In this document: piece after piece, positions 1 to 10,113 of the stretch
Layout: every line of letters begins with the position of its first letter
Position numbering within the stretch: the stretch's first letter is position 1
Origin: Reclinomonas americana ATCC 50394
Lineage: Eukaryota
Length of the DNA stretch: 20,000 nt
Assembly: GCA_048213135.1 (NCBI GenBank)
Contig: PS015296.1
Span: forward strand, 51,896-71,895
Reading direction: 5' to 3'
Notes under the pieces: generated by a model
Database searches by the model: none
Told to the model about the DNA's origin: nothing
Seen by the model: only the letters and a program-made list of their open reading frames with translations
Position numbers and translations under genes: made by a program

Positions 1-565
1 CTTGTGGTGTGTGCGGCTCGCCCTCCATTTGTTGTGCGCGGTGGTACGAACACCCGGCATGCAATTGGACCTCACTTGGAACACGGCAGATCGCACTGCA
101 AAATATGCCAGACAACGGCGCGTTCTGTACTCGACGGTTCTAGTTCAGTGTTGCAGCTGCAGCTGGCAGAAAATCAAAATGAAACGATATGCATGCATGA
201 TTGTGTTTTCACTGCTGATACATTGCTTTCTTTTGCAAAAGACAGTGTGTGTTGAGAAAGAGAGATAGGGAAAGAGGGGTGGAGTATAGTAAACTAATTC
301 GACAACTGTATCGGGGAAGAAATGGTGGCTGCCTTGTAGCGAGGGTGTGTGTGTGTCTGCGTGTGTGCAAAGTGCGCGGAAAAACCAAATATCGTGGTCC
401 TTCTCGCCGCACACGCACATCACACACACATCACACACCGCACGCACCACAAGGCAGCCTCCCCATAAGTGTCTGGTCACAGTGGTGGCATCCGAGTGCC
501 TCCGAAGGGGGGGGGGGGGTTGGAGGGGTTGGAGGGGGGGATGCTCACCACCTGGTTGAGCGACA

Positions 566-1786
566 TCACTGCTGCTGTTGTTGGGGTTGGTGCTGGTTCA
601 GCTGGCGCCGCACGCGACGGCGATGCTCGACGGCTCCTGCGCGCTGATCGTCCAGCAAGCACGCCAAATACTCGCGCGTGCGCTGCGACAGGCCAAGAAG
701 CTCGTCGGGGATCGCCTCAGAGGCGGCGGCATCGTTGCCGTCACTCTCCATGTCGGCGCGACCGCGGCGGCGAGACGAAGACGACGCGTCCTTCTGCGGC
801 TTGGCACGCAGCATGAACTGCTCCGAGTGCACGATCAGAGTCGAGCCGTTCGCGCTGGTGATCTGATAAACGACGGTGGTGAGGAATGGCGCAGAAGTCA
901 GAGCGTCTTCATGGACACTCACCACCAGCTGGAGCGTAAACGGCTGTCGTCCGTGCTTGGTGGACTGCGTGATAAACTGCAGCGTGGTGCGCCCATCAAA
1001 GCCAGCCTGCGTCGGCCACAGCTCAAACTGCACGCCAGTGGGATCAAAGGCGTTGGCGACACTGAGAGAAGAGTGAGCAAGAGAAGAAAACGAAGAGAGA
1101 GCGCGGGAAAAGAGTTACGAAACTGCTGGCCATGACACAGCAATGACACATCGACGCGCATATTCTGCATCGAGTACGCCGTCATGGCGTCACGCGAGAC
1201 TGTCACGCGCATGTCGTACTTGTACGGAACCTACACGAAGGAAAAGTGAGAGAGAGTAAAGCGAGGCTAAGAATAGCATTTTCTTTCTCACCGACAACAG
1301 GTTGATCCCGTCGGCCAGCGGCAACAGCGGGCTGAAGCAATCATCGCTCTTCTTGGCCGGCTTGCACAGCACACACACGCTGGCGGCTGCGGCTGAGGAC
1401 ACCACCTGAAAGTCGCTGCGCTCTTGCTGCGCAGGCGGCGACAACGGCGGCGACAACGGCGGTGGAGAGATGGGAGGCAACACAGCGGGCATCATGGGCG
1501 GCAGATCCGGGGGCGGCAACAAGAAGAAGCCGCCATGTTGATGATGATGATGGTGGACATGTCCAGTCGCGTCCACATCCCCACAGTGCGCCAGCACGGC
1601 GGCGGCGGGGTGCACAATGGATGGTGGCGGTGGAGGCGGTGGAGGAGGCGGGCTGGCGCCACCGATCGCCGCAACAACCGGGGGCTCGTGGAACGGCAAA
1701 TCGCCGCCGACAAGAGGCACAGGCGCGTCGCCAAAGTCGGCAAAGTCGTCCGTGTCAAAGTGAGAGTACCACGTGCGTGGGATCAT
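566..1786 (-). CDS. Hypothetical protein, possible beta-sandwich DNA-binding transcription factor; exons 1786-1292, 1230-1124, 1061-566
   Basis: ORFs join in frame through introns 1231-1291 (G|GTGAGA..TAG) and 1062-1123 (A|GTTTCG..CAG). Acidic, poly-Pro and poly-His N-terminus, beta-rich core (QSTKHGRQPFTLQLVV...HSEQFMLRAKP), basic patch and poly-Gln tail. The function is inference from this architecture. Confidence 0.6.
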
Positions 1787-2068
1787 GGTTGTTGTTGTTG
1801 TTGTTGTTGATAATAAGTGATAAGGTGTGCTCAAGCGAATGTGACAAGAATAGTTTGCGACTGAGATCCGGCTGACGGGACATGGTGGATTCGAAATCCC
1901 TTGACCATTTGCGACAGACGCTGTCATCGCACACGCACACTTCTGTGATTGAGTGCAGGCAACAACAAAAGAACTACTGCATGCAATCTCAAAGCGCGAA
2001 CAAGAGATCAACGAAAATTCTCACGCACACCGGACATTCACTTGCATTTTCTTGCAATTGAGATTGCG

Positions 2069-2341
2069 ATGTCGATGAAGGTCTGTCTCTCTCCCTTTCG
2101 CTCTCCCTCTCTCACTCCTTCTTCTTCTTCATGTTCTCCTCCTCCTCCTCTTCTGCTTCTTCTCCTTCTCCTTCTCCATGTTCTCCTTCTTCTCCATGTT
2201 CTCCTTCTTCTTCTCCATGTTCTCCTTCTTCTTCTTCTCCTCCTCCCCATCCTCGTTCTTCCTCTCCGTCTTCCTCTTCCTCTCCGTCCTCTTCTTTCTT
2301 CTTCCCCTCCTTCCCCTCCCTCCTCCTCCTCCACCTCCTCC

Positions 2342-2387
<46 letters not shown>

Positions 2388-3467
2388 TCTCTGTGCGCTC
2401 ACCACATCGCACTGTGGGGTGACACACAGCTCTTTGAGGGACACGGTTTGTGTGTGCGCACTGTCGCTTTTACTCCCGACGGACTGCGCGTCGTTAGCGG
2501 GAGCGACGACAAAACGATTCGAGTGTGGCCGTTGGCGAGTGGTAAGGAAGTGTGGCGACTGGACGTGTACGACTCGGTGTCGTCAATCGCTGTCACCGCC
2601 GACGGTCGGCACGTAGTCAGTGGCAGTGCTGATCACCTCGTTCGTATGTGGTCACTGTCTTCCGGGATGGAGGAGCAACGGTTGGCAAGCCACGCTGGCG
2701 CGGTGACGTCGGTTGCCCTCTCCCCTGATGGTCAGCACGTAGTGAGTGGAAGTTGGGACGTGTGCTTGTGGTCACTAGCGACTGGGAAAGAGGTGCGACG
2801 ATTCAACGTAAAACAACGCCTGGGATGGATTGCGTCTGTTGCCGTCACCCCTGATGGGCAGCACGTTGTGAGCGGGGACGATAACGGAGCAGTGCGGGTG
2901 TGGTCGCTAGCGAGTGGCGAGCAGGTTCGACAGTTGACTGGCGTGTACGTTACTGTGCTCGACGCGCAGCACATTGTGAGCTATGGAGACCGGGATACGG
3001 CCATTCGAGTGGTCTCACTGGAGAGTGGCGAAGAGGTGCGACGCATGGAGGGACACACTGGTACAGTGCGCTCTGTAGCCGTCACACGCAGTGGTCAGCG
3101 CTTAGTGAGTGGGAGCGACGACAGGACAGTGCGACTGTGGTCTGTGGCGACTGGAACAGAACTGCAGCGGCTGAAGGGACACGTCGATGGAGTGTGGTCT
3201 GTCGCCGTCTCTCACGATGGTCTTCGCATTGCGAGTGCGAGTAAGGACACGACAATTCAAGTGTGGTCCGCACCGGGCGCCCTTGCTCAGCAGGAGCTGC
3301 AACGTGCGCGTTCAGCCATGCTGGCTGTACGGGAGATGCAGGGGAGCACAGAGGATGAACGGGATTCCCGCTGCCTGCCGGAGATGGTGTTGCGCTGTTT
3401 CATCGTCGAGGATGCTGAAGTTGTGCTCTATCGGTGTTGCCTTGATCCAGCTGGGATGTTTTGGTGA
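2069..3467 (+). CDS. WD40-repeat protein (about 7 blades plus C-terminal tail); exons 2069-2080, 2430-3467
   Basis: Microexon ATGTCGATGAAG|GTCTGT...ACAG|CTCTTTGAGGGACAC gives MSMKLFEGH. Repeated GH..V.SVAVT.DG..VVSGS.D.TVRVWSLASG.E units. The 3' end is slightly ambiguous. Confidence 0.9.
2081..2429 (+). repeat. Intronic polypyrimidine microsatellite with a roughly 18-21 bp CTCCATGTTCTCCTTCTT repeat and (CT)n
   Basis: Read directly; it explains the low-complexity ORFs called here. Confidence 0.85.
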
Positions 3468-3831
3468 GAGTGAGTGTGCAAATGTAATCAGTCGCGTACA
3501 GTAGCTCGGTGTGGTCTCTTTTTCTGCACGCACTGGAGTGCTGCTTGCTGACAGCAAGCGACCGATTCTCGCCGTGACAGCCACCAAAAAGAAAGTGGGC
3601 CGCGAGGAGGAGAGCGGCAGCACCGTGTGTATCAGGAAACAATGACGAAGAAGGCGCACGCCATGGCCTCGAATCACGACCCACCTGGAGCGACAGTGGA
3701 CAGCGCGTGCGTCATATGCACGGGAGGAGAATCTCGCTTCGACGCTTGTGGGATCAATTGCAACGACGGCCAAGATTTCTTCCGCGATTGCGTTCACTGC
3801 GCTAACACCACTCACTCACTCACTCACACAA

Positions 3832-5717
3832 TCACACCGTGGGAATCTGGAAACACAAGCCAAGCTCCCGCACTTTCTCGTATTCCTCGGCAAACGCCGT
3901 CTGCAAGTACCGATTCAGGTCGATCAGCATCCGTGCTCCGAGTCGGTACTGGCCGCCCTCACTGTTTGTATAGAGACAACGCAGTGTGAGCGCATGCACA
4001 CTCGCTTGGAGAGCGCGCAAGAGAGAGCACACGCAACTGCTCCAACCACTTGTTGTCGGAGAGCTTGTTCAGCAGGAGTTGAGAGTTGCTGCGCGAGGAG
4101 GATCAGTCGACAGACGGAGTGGCGAGACAACTCAGAGGAACGTGCGCAGCGAATGACAACTCAGAAGAACAAGCACTCCAAGAAGAGAAGCAGAGAGAGA
4201 GAGCCACAATCTGCGCTTCCCTCACAACGCAACGCTGGTGTCAAGTGCTGAATCACACCAGGCAGCCCCAGCAGCGCATTGTGGCCAATCCACGGCGGTC
4301 GCGTGCCAATGTCCTCCTCCTCCCACTTCTTCACCGACACCTCCACAATCTCACGAATCACCGCCAGCTCCTTGTCGGTGAATGCGGTGCCGAACTTGGC
4401 CGCTGCATCCGTCTCCTCGTTGACCACCGCGTAGTAGCGCTCGCTCGTACTCGGGTCGACAAACATCAGCAGATCCATGCGCATCCAGCGGAGGTTGTCG
4501 CGAATGGTCTCCAGGATGGCGTCGCGGTCCCTGACGGCGTCTGCGGATGGGAGAGGGAGGAGAGGGGGGGGGGGAGGGGGAGGGAAGGAGGGAGAGGGAG
4601 GAAAGAATGAACAACCTGGTACGCAGCATTCAGCTTTTCCCCATTTCCCTCAACGATTGACAGACTGCGTGGGTGCTGTCCGCACGTCGCACTGCGTTCT
4701 CGCTCATGCACCTGCCTCTCAGTCGTCTGCAATCCATTCTATGTCTCTCTCAGAAGACAGAATGCTTGTCTGTTCTCGCTCACTCGTCTGTCCCGCAGCA
4801 TCATGCTGTGTCTCTTTCACAGACAGAGATGCATGTCTCTGTGATGCACCTGCTTCTCAGTTGTCCTTGCAACAGAAAGAGCGCGCTGATTGCTTGTCTC
4901 CGAGTCTCTCGCTCCTGCCTCTCAGTTGTCTGCTGTCATTCTCTGTCTCTCTCACAACAGAAAGAGAGTGCTCCTTGTTCAGCTTGCTTCTCAGCTGTCA
5001 TCTTGCATTCTCTCTCAGCAAAAGCGTCGGCGCAGTGTGCATGTTCATGCGCCTGCTCAATCTCTCTCTCTTGCATTCTGTTGACTGCATGTCTCCTTGC
5101 CCTGTTGCTTCTGCGCCTGCTTCTCAGCTGTCTGCTTTCCATTCTCTGTCTATCTCAACAGGGAGATGCAAGTCTCACTGCATTCTCGCCTGCCTCTCTC
5201 TCAGTCCCTGTTGTCTGCCCCCAACTGATCAATGAGAAGCGCGTTTCACTCTTCTTCCCCGTCTCTCTCTCTCTCTTCTCTCTCTCTCTCTGCTCGTACG
5301 TACGACTCCGNNNNNNNNNNNNNNNNNNNNNNNNNNNNNNNNNNNNNNNNNNNNNNNNNNNNNNNNNNNNNNNNNNNNNNNNNNNNNNNNNNNNNNNNNN
5401 NNNNNNNNNNNNNNNNNNNNNNNNNNNNNNNNNNNNNNNNNNNNNNNNNNNNNNNNNNNNNNNNNNNNNNNNNNNNNNNNNNNNNNNNNNNNNNNNNNNN
5501 NNNNNNNNNNNNNNNNNNNNNNNNNNNNNNNNNNNNNNNNNNNNNNNNNNNNNNNNNNNNNNNNNNNNNNNNNNNNNNNNNNNNNNNNNNNNNNNNNNNN
5601 NNNNNNNNNNNNNNNNNNCTACTCGTCTACTCTCGTCCTCCGTCCTCCTCCTCTCTCTCCGTTCCGTTCGTTCGTTCCGTCCCGTACCCTACCGTACTAC
5701 TACTAGTAGACGCGTCG

Positions 5718-5785
<68 letters not shown>

Positions 5786-5951
5786 TTCCCTTTCCCTCCC
5801 CGCTCACGCAACGAAGTGAAGGCAACCTCCCACTCTCATTCCACCTCTTTGTCGCATTCTCAATCAACACCACCACCTCCGCGCGCGTGACCACTCCCAA
5901 CTTGCACAGCGACACAAGCACATCGCGATGCGCTTGACACATTTGCGCCAT
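3832..5951 (-). CDS. NSE1: Nse1 (non-SMC element 1 of SMC5/6), winged-helix region, about 208 aa; exons 5951-5813, 4540-4234, 4088-4038, 3961-3832
   Basis: Spliced product MAQMCQAHRDVLVSL...YYAVVNEETDAAAKFGTAFTDKELAVIREIVE...LLNKLSDNKWLEHEGGQYRLGARMLIDLNRYL parallels Nse1 motifs (HR.FLQ; YALVN...KMAT.F...EL; KWL...G...L..R...E...Y). All three introns begin GTTGCG. Intron 1 spans an N gap. Confidence 0.85.
4700..5225. repeat. Degenerate minisatellite, unit about 65-70 bp, inside Nse1 intron 1
   Basis: Core GC(A/G/T)CCTGC(C/T)TCTCAG.TGTCTG...CATTCT...CTCTC recurs near 4708, 4846, 4911, 4982, 5049, 5113 and 5187. Confidence 0.75.
5311..5618. other. Assembly gap (N run)
   Basis: Ns flanked by (CT)n tracts. 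Confidence 1.
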
Positions 5952-6333
5952 TTTCCTTACTTTGTGTGAGTGAGCGAAAGAAGAAAGGGGTTTGCCATTC
6001 TGACGTCACATTGTCTCTCGCGCCATCGACATCGACCTTGGAAAGGGCTGTCTTCTTCTTTTTAATGTCACGTTTTCCTCCGTGGCCTTCCAAGCCGCAG
6101 CCGCAAACAGAGACTTCAAACACGCACATACTCACTCACACACACACAAACAGGGGGGCCTACCTAGATAGCACAGAAAAAGAGATAACAGGGGGGGTTG
6201 TCGACACGGATAGGACACAAAGAGGCAAAAACGATAACAGGTCGACGACAAGAGACGACGACGGGGAAAAACAGAGACCACACAGACACACACGGATTAG
6301 TAGTAGTAGTAGCGCGAGGGAGCCCCTGGGTCC

Positions 6334-6921
6334 TCACATATTGGCTGCGGCCGCCACTCGCTCGTGCAACCTGAACGTTTCCCTCACAAACGGTCGCACG
6401 TCGCCTGCCCTCCGGTGGAAGTCGCGCATGTTTTTCAAGACGTCGAGCAGCTTGACCAGCTCCGAGTCCTCGTTGTCGTCGAACCACGACTCGATGGGGA
6501 TGCCGTTGTCGAGTTGGAAGCCGAAGGCCTGTGGAGAGTTGTCCACAATCACCGCCGACGCCAGATCGCGACCGAGCACGTTGAGGTCCTTCAGGTAGTT
6601 GCCTTCGACGGGCACGCAGCTCTCACGGAAGACGCGGTATCTGCGGAGGGGAAGGGGGGATGAAGGGTGAGTCATCAAAATCGCACAAGTCGTGTTCAAC
6701 AACAATCGTTCACTGTGTCTCTCTCTTCACTCTGCATGACCTGCGCCACGCCCTCAATCATTCACTCTTTCAACATCTTGCTCTCACTAATACACACACA
6801 ACGTTCTCAGTCGCTCTTCACTCCACTCTGCATGACTCGCCACGCTCTCAATCATTCAACATCTTGCTCTCTCTCTCTCTCTCCCTCTCCCTCTGTACTG
6901 CATCCTCCAATTTCGACGAGG

Positions 6922-6958
<37 letters not shown>

Positions 6959-9573
6959 GAGCAAATGCGGATCCACTGTGAAAGACCAACTCGCTCATAG
7001 TCACACCGCATGACCCGCCACACTCTCAGTCCTTCTTTCAACCCCTAAACTCTCTCGTTCAACCACTCCCTCTCATTACTGCTCGCCCCAAATTCGACAG
7101 GCTATTCAGAAAGAGAGAGCGAGAGAGTTGTGCTCTCCCTTTCTCTGCACATGTACCGCCAGGCTTCAATCACTCGGCTCACTATCTCACACACATTCTC
7201 CCCTCCCCCTGCCACTCCAACTCGGTCATCTTCACTCTGCATGATACGGCACACGTTCTCCATCATTCTGTCATCCCTTCCTCTCTCTGCCTCCAAGTTC
7301 ACTGACACAAACGAATTCTCTCCCTATCTCGCGAGTGCGACCACAGAGATAACAACAATCGAAAGAAACCCTTCCCCTTTTCCCCCTTCCCCCTCTCCCT
7401 TTCCCCTTTCCCCCTTTTCCCCCCGCGCAACTTGATCCACTTCTTCTCCGGGTCGAGAATGTTGAGCAGCTTGTCCGCATACACCCGTTGTGATGCCGTG
7501 AAAACAATAATCTCAAACATCTTCGACACCACATCCAAAAAGTACTCCAAGTGTGGTCGCTTGCGCACATAAATGGTGTAGTCGACGCCGTTGAAGTGTA
7601 CCGGGAAGGTCAAGTCGGCGTTGGGCAAGTACTCGACACTGCAGTGCACCAGTGTCTCGTCGAGATCGAGAATCAGTGAAATGTCGGCACTCTGTCGCGT
7701 CTTGCGTGGCAGACATGTTGTGCGAATGGTCTGCACTTGCTCGAGTGGCGGCAGCTGGTGAATGAACAGGAAGCTGTGCGTGCGTGCGTGTGTGTCAGCG
7801 ACGGAGTATATAAAAAAGGCAGCGGTGGGAGGGGTGAGCGGACGCAACGGATCAAATTCGTCCTCCTCCGCGTCACTCTCCTCCTCGGCCTCGTCCACGT
7901 CCATGGTAGTCGAGTTGCGTCGCGCCGCCGCCGCCGCCGCCGCTGCCGCCTCGGCCTCAGCAGCCGCCTGCGCACGAGCCGCCGCCGCCGCATCCGATGC
8001 CGCCTGTGCCGCCGCNNNNNNNNNNNNNNNNNNNNNNNNNNNNNNNNNNNNNNNNNNNNNNNNNNNNNNNNNNNNNNNNNNNNNNNNNNNNNNNNNNNNN
8101 NNNNNNNNNNNNNNNNNNNNNNNNNNNNNNNNNNNNNNNNNNNNNNNNNNNNCGCAGCCGCCGCCGCCGCCGCACTCGCATGCTCGCCCGCATGATGCGG
8201 CACCACATACGTCGGCGAGAACATAATCGCGGTGCGATCCGGCGCCGTCTCCTCCTCATCATGCATATACGTGTGCCCATGATGATACTCCGCCGCCGCC
8301 GTCGTCGTCGTGGACGATGACACCGCCTGTGCCGGGAACGCACGCGCCAACCGCAACGTATGCAGCGGCGAAGTCGGCACCACCGGCGGCGACACTGCTG
8401 GTGGCGGCGATGGAGGCGCCGCGGCACTCGGCTGCGATCCGCGTCGCTTACCCGCCGGCGACGATGTGATAAACCCGCCTACACTAGTGCCACCATTGCT
8501 GGGTGTTGCCGCACTGCTTCCACTCGCCGCGTGCGTGTACCCGCCGTGATGGTGGTAGTGATGGAGTGGTGGTCGCGTGGGAGTCGCTGGTGGATCCATG
8601 TCGGCCACGCTGATCGGTGCCACCATGGGCGCCGACGCCACCGCCGCTTGTGACGGTGGTGTGTGCATGCCTGCGCGTGAATGCCAAAGAGTGAGCACCA
8701 ACACAGAGAGAGAGAGAGTCGGTGTGATGTGTGTGAGAGAGTATAAATTTGACACCAAGAATCCCAAACGGCACTTTGATCACCGACACACATCAACACA
8801 TACACGCGCGTGCTCTCTTTCTCATGTGTATGCGTCTGTGTGTGCGTGTGTGTGTATGTGTGTGTGAAAGTACACGCACCACTCTTGGCAGAGGCGGCGA
8901 CTGGAGAGGCCAACGTGTTTCGACTCAACACACGAGTGGATCGCGCACCCGCAGAGTCAGTGTGACGTGTCGGAGTGTTGTTGTTGCTCAGCGCGGAGGC
9001 AGGAGGCGAGGTAGAGGACGGCGACGCGGAGAGCAGCAAATTGCCAAGCACCGGACAACGGGCGCCGGACGAGATGTCGACCACACACGACGACGCGCCC
9101 GCAGAAGCCGCCGCCGTCGCGTTCATTGCAGGCGAGCGGATGACTGTTGCTGCTGTTGCTGTTGTGCGAGGCTGCGGCTGCGCAAAGTGATGCACAGAGG
9201 CGACGGGCACTTGTCGCGCGGCCATGGGCGGCGATCGCACACTCGCCGCCGTTGCTGCTGCGTCGGTGAGTGAGGTGGACGAGGCCAGGCGCAGTGGAGG
9301 CGGCGGTGCTTGCTTGCGAGGGCGCATGGAGGCAGCGGCGGCGGCGGCAGAGGCGGCCGCCGATGTCGAAGTCGACGTTCCGGTCGCCGGGGACTTGAGT
9401 GCGGCGGTGGAGGCGGCTGCGGCGGCGGCGACTGCTGAGGCTCCCGGAGAGAGTGGAGAGGCTGTTGCGACTGTGGCTGCAGTGGTGGCAGGGCTGCTGG
9501 GGGAGGCGGGAGAGCGGCCGTGGCGGCAGCGCAGCACTGAGGGCAATGGGCGACGCGAGAACCCGGACGACAT
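6334..9573 (-). CDS. CTDSPL2: CTD small phosphatase-like protein (CTDSPL2/SCP4-like, NIF/FCP1 HAD domain); exons 9573-8880, 8670-7849 (spans gap), 7773-7432, 6640-6334
   Basis: [19 protein letters not shown] (DxDxT catalytic motif), [64 protein letters not shown]. Long Ala/Ser/Pro-rich N-terminus; frame across the gap is unverified. Confidence 0.93.
6700..7310. repeat. Degenerate repeats inside the 791-nt phosphatase intron
   Basis: CACTCTGCATGA..CGCCACGC.CTCAATCATTC-like unit near 6727, 6824, 7005 and 7233; CCAA.TTC(G)AC near 6907, 7088 and 7292. Confidence 0.65.
8016..8152. other. Assembly gap within a GCC/poly-Ala coding tract
   Basis: Ns flanked by (GCC)n. Confidence 1.
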
Positions 9574-10113
9574 TGCTGCGTGGACTGTGTGAGCGTGCGT
9601 CCACCCAGCGAGACAAGTGTGTGTGTGTGGGAGAGGAGAAAAAAGTCCGTTTTCCGTTCGGTAAAACACACCTCTGGTTTTCTTGTTCGACAGCTCGTGT
9701 GGCGTGTGTGGATGGATACCGAGCGAGTTGTGCGCGCGTGTGCGTGTGTGCGTGAGAGAGAGGGTGGAGGGTGGCAGAGGCGAGGGGGTGAGTTGTGCGC
9801 AAGAGTTTTCCCTTGGCACGTGCTCAAGCACGCGTTTAAGACAATGTACGATTTGGGGTGCCAGATTTGTGAACCGGTTTTTTCATGCATTGACTTCGAG
9901 GTCGATCTGATGGACTGGCTTTGGCGTCTGCAGCTTCCCTGGCCTGCTGCATCTCTCGCTCTCCACACTGCCTCTGCATCCATTGCTTGCTTCACTTTTT
10001 GTCGCGTTTGTCAATCCATTTGCTGTCCCGCTATTTTCAACTCACACACAGCCCACACACAGCGCTCTCGTTTTGTGTGCAAAGGAGACTGCATTCTTAG
10101 CATTTCGTCACTC

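Noticed and set aside
4615-4665. Extra Nse1 exon (CAG...CCAG|GTTGTT on minus strand)
   Set aside because: Phases or stops are incompatible; the direct 5812 to 4541 intron restores the frame.
4700-5225. CRISPR-like array
   Set aside because: Repeats are degenerate, with no unique spacers, no cas genes, and a eukaryotic intron context.
7840-7850. Reading the GTTGCG sites as non-canonical TT donors (G|TTGCG)
   Set aside because: With the same AG acceptors this shifts the frame by +1 and destroys conserved motifs; cleavage before GT keeps them.
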